In this document: in pieces, positions 19,076 to 26,879 of the stretch
Position numbering within the stretch: position 1 is the stretch's first letter
Layout: every line of letters starts with the position of its first letter
Source: Armatimonadota bacterium
Lineage (GTDB): Bacteria > Armatimonadota > SYMT01
Direction: 5' to 3'
Assembly (NCBI GenBank): GCA_046292385.1
Contig: JBKBRF010000007.1
Coordinates: 48,728-112,727, forward strand
DNA: 64,000 bases
Notes under the pieces: generated by a model
Seen by the model: only the letters and a program-made list of their open reading frames with translations
What the model was told of the DNA's origin: nothing
The model's database searches: none
Made by a program: the position numbers and the translations under genes

Positions 19076-20011
19076 CTACTCGCGGCGGCGCATGCGGCGG
19101 AAGTTGCGGAGGCGGTCCGGGTGGATCTCGCCGCGGTCCACGGCGGTCCGGACGGCGCACTGCTGCTCCCCGGTGTGGGTGCAGTTGCGGAAGCGGCAGC
19201 GCGCGGCGAGGGCGGCGATCTCCGGGAAGGTGTCCGCCACCGACTCGCCGTCGTCTTCCAGCAGGCCGAGCGTGCGGATCCCGGGCGTATCGGCGAGATA
19301 GGTACCCTCGCCGACCGGATAGAGCCGGCTGCTGGTGGTGGTGTGCCGGCCCTTATGGCTCCACTCACTCACCTTGGCGACGCGGGCGCCGAGTCCGGGA
19401 TAGAGCGCGTTGACCAGGCTGCTCTTGCCCACGCCGGACTTGCCGCTCAAGACGGCGATCCGACCGCGGACCGCCTCCCGCAGGGCGTCTATCCCGCTAC
19501 CGTTCACCGTGCTGGTGAAGTAGACCCGGTCGCCCGCGCTCTGGAGCGGCGCCGTCTCCTCCTGGAGCAGCGCCGGGTCGGCGAGGTCGTACTTGTTCAC
19601 CACGACCAGCGGCTCCACGCCGCCGCGGCGGGCCATGCCGATGAACCGCTCCGCCAGGCGCCGCTGAAACGGCGGCTCGGCGGCGGCCTGGACGATCAGG
19701 AGGAGGTCGACGTTCGCCGCCAGGAGCTGCTCCACGCCCGCGAAGCCGGGGCGCGCCAGCTCGCTGCGGCGCGGCTGCACCGCTTCGATCACGCCTCCTC
19801 CGTCCGGCAGGCGCAGCAGCTCGACGCGGTCGCCGATCACTACCGGGCTCGACGCTCGCCGCCCTCCCAGCCGCAGGCGCCCGCGCAGGCCGCAGTCGAG
19901 CACCTCGCCCGCCGCCTCTACCTGGAAGCTGGCGCCCTCGTGACCCACCACCAGCCCGGTCTCCCGGGGCTCGTGGCCCGCTTGTCCTCCGCTCGCGCTG
20001 CGCTTCGACAC
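19076..20011 (-). CDS. rsgA: Ribosome small subunit-dependent GTPase A
   Basis: ANVD, NKYDL, GKSGVGKSSLVN, KGRHTTT, DTPGIR and CRFRNCTHTGEQQCAV Zn finger. Confidence 0.97.
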   Translation of the reverse strand: MSKRSASGGQAGHEPRETGLVVGHEGASFQVEAAGEVLDCGLRGRLRLGGRRASSPVVIGDRVELLRLPDGGGVIEAVQPRRSELARPGFAGVEQLLAANVDLLLIVQAAAEPPFQRRLAERFIGMARRGGVEPLVVVNKYDLADPALLQEETAPLQSAGDRVYFTSTVNGSGIDALREAVRGRIAVLSGKSGVGKSSLVNALYPGLGARVAKVSEWSHKGRHTTTSSRLYPVGEGTYLADTPGIRTLGLLEDDGESVADTFPEIAALAARCRFRNCTHTGEQQCAVRTAVDRGEIHPDRLRNFRRMRRRE

Positions 20012-20151
20012 TCGCTCGTCTCCCGCACCCTCTATCGTCGTGGAGAAGGGCGCTGCTAAACGGCGGCTCCCGGGTAGGATCTCTTGAGCAGAGAGCCGGG
20101 GCAGGACGATAGGGACGGCGAAAAGCGGGAACCCTGAGGACAGGATCGGAG

Positions 20152-20334
20152 ATGAGGATGCCGACGCGAATACGAGGAAAGGCCGCCGGCCGCAGTGAGC
20201 TGGCCCGGGACGCGCACTTCCGCACCGGCGGAGGTGCGATGGGCGGAAGCCGGAAGCTGCAGGCGAAGCGGCGGCGCCGGGCGGATCGGCTGGAGGAGCA
20301 GCGCGCCGCCCGCGAGCGGGAGCAGGCCGAGTAG
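20152..20334 (+). CDS. Small basic hypothetical protein (60 aa)
   Basis: AGGA/GGAG upstream, host-like codons, followed by a hairpin (GCCCGC TC GCGGGC). Confidence 0.45.
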   Translation: MRMPTRIRGKAAGRSELARDAHFRTGGGAMGGSRKLQAKRRRRADRLEEQRAAREREQAE

Positions 20335-20420
20335 GCGTGACACGAAAGCCCGCTCGCGGGCGGGAACCTCCGGTTGAAGATTCGGGTCTTTATAGATAGC
20401 TCTCCCCGAGCACCCCTTCG

Positions 20421-20870
20421 ATGCGACGACGCACCCCGTCAATCTGGCTCGCCCTCTACCTGGCCGTTCTGCTCCCGCTCCTGGGAGCGGGTGGGCCGGC
20501 GGCATGGGCGTGCGGCGAGCAGTCCGGCTGCTCCGGCCATGCTGCGGGATGCGACGGACCGGGACAGGCGTGCGGCACCGAGTGCGGCCACGGCGCCTCC
20601 GCGAAGGCGGACTGCTGCGCCGCGGGCCACTCCGAGAGTCCGTCGGTCTCCGCAGGCGACTGCGTCTGCGTGGTCGAATCGGCTCCGGCGCCCGATCTCT
20701 ACCGGGTGGTCGTCGCGGCCGAGGTGCCGATCGCGGCGCCTCCCAGCGTTCCCCTGCTCCTGAGCGCCCCGCGCGCGATCCGGGTGCGCCAGCGCAGCAC
20801 GGCCCCCGCCGCGGTGCGGGGACCCCCACTCTCTCCTCTCGGCTCGCGCGGACCTCCGCGCCTCGGATAA
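20421..20870 (+). CDS. Secreted Cys/His-rich leader protein with C-terminal RGPP motifs (DUF2946/CruR/CutF-like arrest-peptide candidate)
   Basis: Signal peptide, 9 Cys and 3 His, Pro-rich linker, ends VRGPPLSPLGSRGPPRLG. Confidence 0.75.
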   Translation: MRRRTPSIWLALYLAVLLPLLGAGGPAAWACGEQSGCSGHAAGCDGPGQACGTECGHGASAKADCCAAGHSESPSVSAGDCVCVVESAPAPDLYRVVVAAEVPIAAPPSVPLLLSAPRAIRVRQRSTAPAAVRGPPLSPLGSRGPPRLG

Positions 20871-21029
20871 CTGCGTCTCCCACGGGAGACCCCTGACGGC
20901 CGCCGGCCTGGAGCCCCTCCGGCTCCGGAGCTCCGCGCGGGGTCCGGCTTCGGACCACCCGACTCGTCAACTTGCAGTTATCCGGCCCCGATGGGCCATT
21001 GCCCCCGCACGTGGGGCAGAGGAGAAGTC

Positions 21030-21527
21030 ATGTCTCGTTTCATTCAGATCGCCCTGGCCGTCTCCGGCCTCTCCGTCTTCGCCTTCGGTCTCGCGGGCGC
21101 GGCTCCCAAGGCAGCCGCCCCGGCCGCGAAGCAGCCAGCCTGCTGCGCGCAGAAGAAGGAGTGCTGTGCGGAGAAGAAGGCGTGTTGCACCACCGCCAAG
21201 CCGGCCGCGTGCTGTGCCGAGAAGAAGGCGTGCTGCGACAAGAAGGACGCCGCCTGCTGCGCCAAGACCGCGGCGGCCGCGGCTCCGGCCTGCTGCGTGG
21301 AAAAGAAGGCCTGCTGCGACAAGAAGGCCGCCTGCTGTGATCAGCACCACGCCGCGGCGGACTGCTGCGTGAAGGGCGCCGAGTGCTGCGCGAAGGGTGC
21401 CGAGTGCTGCACCACCGCGAAGAAGGCCGCCGCGATGGACTGCTGCGCCGCCCCGGCCAAGGCCGTTTCGGTGAAGAAGGCGGCTGCGGTGAAGAAGGCC
21501 GCCATGCCGTGCTGCGAAGAGCGCTAA
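21030..21527 (+). CDS. Secreted Cys-Cys-repeat, metallothionein-like protein
   Basis: AGAGGAGA SD, signal peptide, 14 CC doublets (28 Cys) in Ala/Lys-rich repeats. Confidence 0.85.
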   Translation: MSRFIQIALAVSGLSVFAFGLAGAAPKAAAPAAKQPACCAQKKECCAEKKACCTTAKPAACCAEKKACCDKKDAACCAKTAAAAAPACCVEKKACCDKKAACCDQHHAAADCCVKGAECCAKGAECCTTAKKAAAMDCCAAPAKAVSVKKAAAVKKAAMPCCEER

Positions 21528-21550
21528 GCGGCTGAGCGATCGCTCGTGAG

Positions 21551-21585
21551 CGAGGGAGGGGTCTCCGGATCCCTCCCTCGTTTCT
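21551..21585 (+). terminator. Intrinsic terminator after the CC-repeat gene
   Basis: CGAGGGAGGG...CCCTCCCTCG stem followed by TTTCT. Confidence 0.7.
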
Positions 21586-21676
21586 GTCGCGGCCGGAAGA
21601 GACCGCTCTACCTTCGTTGCCATCCGGGCGCCGCCGCCGCTACAATCCCGGGTAGAGCCTCATTCAGGATGCGCAG

Positions 21677-22117
21677 ATGACACAGGTAGTCGTGATCTCG
21701 GATCGGAACTTCCGGCAGGAGATCTGGGCGGGGGACCACACCCTCGTCGCGGACGAGCCCCGGGAGCTGGGCGGCGACGATACCGGCGCCACCCCGTACG
21801 AGCTGCTGCTCGCCGCGCTCGGCGCCTGCACCTCCATCACGCTGCTGATGTACGCGCGCCGGAAGGGGTGGGAGCTCCAGGCGGTGGAGATCCGCCTCCG
21901 GCACAACCGCGTCCACGCGAAAGACTGCGCGGAGTGCGAGGAGAAAGACAGCTACCTGGACCGGATCGAGAAAGAAATTGCGGTCTCCGGCAATCTCTCC
22001 CCCGAACAGGTGGAGCGGCTGGCGGAGATTGCGGAGAAGTGCCCGGTGAACCGCACGCTGCGTGCGTCGATCGTAACGAAGCAAGAAATCCGCCTGGCCG
22101 CCGCGGGCTCCGCCTGA
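21677..22117 (+). CDS. OsmC family protein
   Basis: ADEPRELGGDDTGATPYELLLAALGACT and EIAEKCPVNRTL motifs. Confidence 0.92.
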   Translation: MTQVVVISDRNFRQEIWAGDHTLVADEPRELGGDDTGATPYELLLAALGACTSITLLMYARRKGWELQAVEIRLRHNRVHAKDCAECEEKDSYLDRIEKEIAVSGNLSPEQVERLAEIAEKCPVNRTLRASIVTKQEIRLAAAGSA

Positions 22118-22194
22118 AGGTCCGGTCGCCAGGCTCCCGTTCCCCTCTCTACTGCGGCTCTGCCCTCCCGGGCAGTAGACCGAGGAGTGTCCCG

Positions 22195-22836
22195 ATGATC
22201 AAGTCCCGAATGCGTTCCTATGCCCTCGCCGGCGCCGCGGTGCTGGCCGCGACCGGAATCGCCCGCGCCGCCGTCGACGCGGAGCCGATCCCCGCGGACT
22301 ACCTGCAGCAGCTCGCGCCGATCGCGCTGCAGCTCTTCCAGGACCAGTTCCCCAACCCGCCCGTAAAGGTGACCGCCAACCTGGAGAAGGTGAGCGGCTA
22401 TCACGTGATGCAGCAGGTCGGCGTGGTGGTGATGCCGGACAAGAACCTCACCGCCGACGCCGTGGCGAAGAGCGCGGAGAAGGAAGCGCCCGCCGCCATC
22501 GTGGTGGCGCGGGGCCTGACCTTCAAGAATAAAGACAAGGCGGTCCCCGCGGAGCGGATCGCCAACGCCGACCTGGGCCAGGCGAAGCTGCCGGTCTACT
22601 TCTTCGCTGTGAAGGGAGAGGGCGAGGAGCGCTCGCTCCTGATCTACTCCAAGGACGCGGAGCCGATCGCGACCGCTCCGATGAAGAAGCGCGAGACGGC
22701 CGGCACCGATCAGTTCGAGCTGAAGCTCGCCAACGTGGACCTGGAAAAGAAGACCGCCGAGCTGAAGGTCGGCGTTGGCGGCACCCACGAGACGACGCTG
22801 AACCTGGAAGTGCAGAAGGTCGAGCCGCTGCAGTAG
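22195..22836 (+). CDS. Secreted hypothetical protein
   Basis: GAGGAG SD, signal peptide, strongly host-like codon usage. Confidence 0.8.
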   Translation: MIKSRMRSYALAGAAVLAATGIARAAVDAEPIPADYLQQLAPIALQLFQDQFPNPPVKVTANLEKVSGYHVMQQVGVVVMPDKNLTADAVAKSAEKEAPAAIVVARGLTFKNKDKAVPAERIANADLGQAKLPVYFFAVKGEGEERSLLIYSKDAEPIATAPMKKRETAGTDQFELKLANVDLEKKTAELKVGVGGTHETTLNLEVQKVEPLQ

Positions 22837-22837
22837 G

Positions 22838-23061
22838 GCGTATTTCGTATCGCGTATTGCGTAGCGGCAGGCCTATTCCGCTTCACAGTACGTCGTGCCG
22901 GGCGGGGCCTATTCCGTATCGCGTATTGCGTAGCGGACAGCCGCTACCTCGGTTCCAAGACATCGTGCCGGGCGGGACGCTGAAGGAGCGTTCCGCCCGG
23001 CACGACGTGCTGGTGAAGCGGGATCATCCCGCCGCAACGCAATACGGAATACGCAATACGC
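22838..23061. repeat. REPIN/MITE-like element with ~68-bp imperfect inverted arms tipped by (CGTATTG)n heptamers
   Basis: Arm 22838-22905 matches the reverse complement of 22993-23061; internal partial copy at 22908-22976. Confidence 0.85.
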
Positions 23062-23126
23062 CTCCCTCTCGCCAGCGAGCCGCCGCCCTCGAGAGAGCGC
23101 CGGCGGCTACGTGCAAGGAAGGACCA

Positions 23127-23987
23127 TCATCGTACGAGCGAGGCCGCGCGGAGGATCTCCTCCTCTCCGGCCTCGCTCGCTGCGTACCGGGCGAGCGCGC
23201 GGGCGGCCGCGAGCGGATCGGCGCGCAGCTCCTCGAAGCGCAGCTCCAGGTAGCCGCCGGGGTGCTCCCGGAACCGCTCCGCCTCGGTCACGTAGCGCTC
23301 CCACAGGGCTCGCGCGTAGTTGGGGTCGGTGCTGGGGTTGGAGGGCGGTGGGGACAGCGGGGCCAGCCCCAGCTTACTCCCGGCGCGCCGCAGCGCCTCT
23401 CCCGGGTGGGAGAGCCACCAGCGCAGCCGCTCGCCCGAGGGCAGCGGCGCCCCGGCAGCGCCTGCCCCTCCCGAGCGGCGGGTGAGGCTGCGGACCACCG
23501 CCTCGGCCTCCCGCCGCACGTGGAGGACTCGCGCGTGGGGAAAGAACCGCAGCCAGTAGGGGAGCGTCAGGGTGGTGCGGGGGTCCTTCCACCCCCACGC
23601 CCGCCGGGCACTCTCCAGCTCCGGCTGCAGGTAGTCCCGCCGCAGCGGACCCGACAGCGCCGACGCGATCAGCGCCTCCGCCCGCGCCGCCAGCTCCGGC
23701 GTGTCGCGCCGCTGGAGCAATGGCTCCACGCGGCACCAGTCAGCCTCCGCCGCCGCCAGCAGCGCCTCGTTCACGCGGACGAAGGCGAGCGCCTCGCCGT
23801 AGCCCTCCGTCCGCAGCCGCTCCTGCAGGGAGGCGGGGTCGGCCTCCGTCGGGATGCGCAGGCCCGGCCCCATGTAGACCCCGAGCGCCCCGAGCATGCC
23901 GGCGACGACGCTGGTCCCCGACCGGTGCATGCCGATCACGACCAGCGGCGGCGGCAGCTCGCCGAACGGCGACTCGGGCGGCAGCAT
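23127..23987 (-). CDS. Sulfotransferase family protein
   Basis: VVIGMHRSGTSVV (5'-PSB loop), WGWKDPR and LELRFEEL motifs. Confidence 0.9.
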   Translation of the reverse strand: MLPPESPFGELPPPLVVIGMHRSGTSVVAGMLGALGVYMGPGLRIPTEADPASLQERLRTEGYGEALAFVRVNEALLAAAEADWCRVEPLLQRRDTPELAARAEALIASALSGPLRRDYLQPELESARRAWGWKDPRTTLTLPYWLRFFPHARVLHVRREAEAVVRSLTRRSGGAGAAGAPLPSGERLRWWLSHPGEALRRAGSKLGLAPLSPPPSNPSTDPNYARALWERYVTEAERFREHPGGYLELRFEELRADPLAAARALARYAASEAGEEEILRAASLVR

Positions 23988-23995
23988 CGCAGTGG

Positions 23996-25048
23996 TTAGC
24001 TTCCGGTGCCGGGATGGACGGCGACCTTGAGCGGGCCGCCGCCGCGGGCGAGCACCGGGAGCAGCGTGGAGAGCTCCGCGAGGGTGGCGTGCTCCTGGAT
24101 CAGCACCTCCGCCGGAATCTGCCCCGCCGCCAGCAGGCGCAGCGCCTCTCGCACCATCTCCGGGGTGTGGTGGAAGGTACCGATCAGCGTGAGGGCGTCG
24201 TAGTGGAGGCGGGTGGTGTCGACCTGAATCGACGTGCCGGAAGCGCAGCCGCCGAAGAGGTTCACCACGCCGCCCTTGCGCGCCAGCGCGATCGCCTGCG
24301 ACCATGCCTCCGGCGTGCCGACCGCCTCGATCACGCGGTCCGCCCCCCGGCCGCCGGTGCGGCCGCGCACCCACGCCACCGGGTCGACCTCACCGGCGAC
24401 GTCGAGCACCTCTTCCGCGCCGAGGGCGCGGGCGGCGGCGAGGCGCCCCTCCCGCCGGCCGAGCATCAGCACGCGAGCGCCCTTCAAAACGGCGCAGCGG
24501 GCGAGCAGCAGCCCGAGCGGCCCGGCGCCGAGGATGGCGACCGTCTCCCCCGCTCGCACGCCGGTCTCGTGGACGCCGTGGACGGCGCAGGCGAGCGGCT
24601 CCGCCAGGGCGGCGGCCTCGAACGGGAGCGTCTCCGGCAGGCGGTGCAGGTTCTTCCGGACCAGCCGCGCCGGGAGCGTGGCGTACTCCGCGTAGGCGCC
24701 GTTGAAGAAGAGCAGGTCCTCGCACAGCTCCTCGCGGTCGACCCCGCAGAAGAAGCACTCCCCGCACGGCGCGGAGTTCGCCGCCACCACACGGTCGCCG
24801 GGGGACCAGCCGGTGACGCCCTCGCCGACGGCGTCGATCACCCCGGCCAGCTCGTGACCGAAGACCGCCGGAGGCACGATCATGCGGGCGTGGTAGCCGC
24901 GGCGGAAGACTTTCAGGTCGGTCCCGCAGGTGAGCGCCGCGCCAATCCGGACCCGCACCTCGCCCGGGCCAACCGCCGGCACCGGGACGCGCTCCAGCCG
25001 CGCGTCCTCCTTGCCGTAGAGCACGAGAGCCTGCATCGTCTCACTCAC
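23996..25048 (-). CDS. Zinc-dependent alcohol/polyol dehydrogenase
   Basis: ALTCGTDLK, GHE, CGECFFC...C and GAGPLG motifs; GTGA overlap with the upstream gene. Confidence 0.92.
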   Translation of the reverse strand: MSETMQALVLYGKEDARLERVPVPAVGPGEVRVRIGAALTCGTDLKVFRRGYHARMIVPPAVFGHELAGVIDAVGEGVTGWSPGDRVVAANSAPCGECFFCGVDREELCEDLLFFNGAYAEYATLPARLVRKNLHRLPETLPFEAAALAEPLACAVHGVHETGVRAGETVAILGAGPLGLLLARCAVLKGARVLMLGRREGRLAAARALGAEEVLDVAGEVDPVAWVRGRTGGRGADRVIEAVGTPEAWSQAIALARKGGVVNLFGGCASGTSIQVDTTRLHYDALTLIGTFHHTPEMVREALRLLAAGQIPAEVLIQEHATLAELSTLLPVLARGGGPLKVAVHPGTGS

Positions 25049-26118
25049 GGCTGCACCAGCACCTTCAGGGAGTCGGGCCGGGGCCGCGCCGCCACCTCCA
25101 GCGCCTCCGCGATCCGGTCCAGTGGAAAGCGGTGGGTGATGAGCGGGCGCACGTCGATCCGCCGAGTGAAGAGCAGCTCCGCCGCCAGCGGCTGGAGGTC
25201 GATATCGGCGCTGTAAGAGCCGAGAAGCGCCTTCTCCCGCATGCAGACCTGGCCGGCGTCGAGCGTGACCGCCTCGCCCAACCGCGTCTGCGCGAAGAGC
25301 AGCACGCGCCCGCCCGGCCGGACCGCCCGGAACGCTTCTTCCACCACCGCGGTGCTCGCCACCGCCACCACCGCCAGGTCCGCCCCCCGGCCGGCGGTAA
25401 GCTCCGCGCAGAGGGCGGGAACGCCGGTCCCGCGCGGGTCGACCGACCGGGCGCCGAGCTGCTCCGCAATGGCCCGGCGGAACGGATGGAAGTCGGTCCC
25501 CACCACCTGCACGCCGCGCTCCCGCAGCGCCTGAGTGAAGAGCAGCCCGATCGGCCCCTGCCCGATGACGAGCGCGGTCTCTTCGGCCTGGGCCCCGGCG
25601 GTCTCCACGCCCTTGAGCACGGTGTTCAGCGGCTCCAGAAAGCTCGCTTCCTCGAAGCTGATCTCGTCCGGGATGGCGACCACCCCCCGCCGCACGAACG
25701 GCAGCACCCGCGCGTATTCCGCGAAGCCTCCGCCCGCCGGCTCGAACCCCGCCGTCACGCCGGTGCGGAGGTAGCCGGCACAGAAGGCATACTGTCGCCG
25801 CGCGCAGTAGAAGCAGTCGCCGCACGGCACGTGGTGGTGCACCACCACCCGGTCGCCCACGCGCCACTCCGTCTCCCCGGGCGCGACCGCGGCGATCGTT
25901 CCCGCCGTCTCGTGCCCGAAGACCCGCGGCGGCGGCGTGAGGCCGTACTCGATCTTCTTCAGGTCGGTCCCGCACACCCCGCAGGTGTGCACGCGCACCA
26001 GCAGCTCTCCCGGCCCGATCTCCGGCACCGGCAGCTCCTCCACCTCCACCCGCCCTTCGCCGCGGTAGACCGCTGCTCTCATGCGCGTCGGTGACCTCTC
26101 CACGTGCTGCTCGATCAT
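25045..26118 (-). CDS. Zinc-dependent alcohol/polyol dehydrogenase
   Basis: CGVCGTDLK, GHE, CGDCFYC...C and GQGPIG motifs. Confidence 0.92.
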   Translation of the reverse strand: MIEQHVERSPTRMRAAVYRGEGRVEVEELPVPEIGPGELLVRVHTCGVCGTDLKKIEYGLTPPPRVFGHETAGTIAAVAPGETEWRVGDRVVVHHHVPCGDCFYCARRQYAFCAGYLRTGVTAGFEPAGGGFAEYARVLPFVRRGVVAIPDEISFEEASFLEPLNTVLKGVETAGAQAEETALVIGQGPIGLLFTQALRERGVQVVGTDFHPFRRAIAEQLGARSVDPRGTGVPALCAELTAGRGADLAVVAVASTAVVEEAFRAVRPGGRVLLFAQTRLGEAVTLDAGQVCMREKALLGSYSADIDLQPLAAELLFTRRIDVRPLITHRFPLDRIAEALEVAARPRPDSLKVLVQP

Positions 26119-26501
26119 GCGGCTTTTGCTGGAGCAGCCGCTGCGTCCGATGGACCGTCACCCCGAGGTGTTTCCTGCGGAAGCAGCTCAAAGCTAACTA
26201 CCACCCGCCGCCCCAGAGCGCTCGCGATTCGCCGCAGCATCGTCAATGAGTGCCCTTCGTACTCGGCATCCTCTAGTTGGCTGATGACGGACTGCGTCGT
26301 GCCCACGCGCTCTGCCAGGTCTCGCTGCGAAAGTCCCGCTTCCTTACGCAGCGACTGGAGCGCCTGCCCCACGGCGAGAGCCTCCTCGAACTGACGCGAG
26401 AGCTCATCGGCGCGTGCCTCTGCACGGGCTATCGCCTCCCGATCACCCTGGAGTACGACCTCACGAAGGATCTCCAGGCCATTCCTCGTCTTCCGCTTCA
26501 T
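26115..26501 (-). CDS. XRE-family HTH protein (HigA-like antitoxin), no intact toxin
   Basis: LRKEAGLSQRDLAERVGTTQSVISQLEDAEYEGHSLTMLRRIASALG; less GC-biased codons. Confidence 0.88.
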   Translation of the reverse strand: MKRKTRNGLEILREVVLQGDREAIARAEARADELSRQFEEALAVGQALQSLRKEAGLSQRDLAERVGTTQSVISQLEDAEYEGHSLTMLRRIASALGRRVVVSFELLPQETPRGDGPSDAAAAPAKAA

Positions 26502-26879
26502 AGCTCTACCTCTGCCGTGTGAGCGCGTGGTTCCTGCCTACCACCGCGGTCCAGTTGCCGCCGGAGCCCGTGGCGGGCCAGCGTTCCGAGCACGGGTGTA
26601 AGATGTTTCGCAGGTTAGTCTCCACCTCGCGCCCGGGCGTCGGCTGGCTCAACATGACAGTTCTTTGGGGCGGCCGTGCCGTATCCGAGTGGGCTGTGCG
26701 TGGAGCTCACACCACTCACCAGTGCAGTCATTCTGAACGTCAGTGAAGAATCTCGGCAGCTGCTCTGGGACGGCATTCGCATCGGGGTGATGAGGATTCC
26801 CCCCCTCCGGTACCTTACCGCTCCCGCCGGTCTACCGCCCGCATCCCAGAACCGAACCGCCGTGTGCGATAATCAGCCT

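Noticed and set aside
18967..19368. N-terminal extension of the MFS ORF; likewise the 23988-24374, 25049-26191 and 29122-29988 extensions
   Set aside because: They overlap neighbouring real genes in another frame and have low-complexity Arg/Pro/Gly composition.
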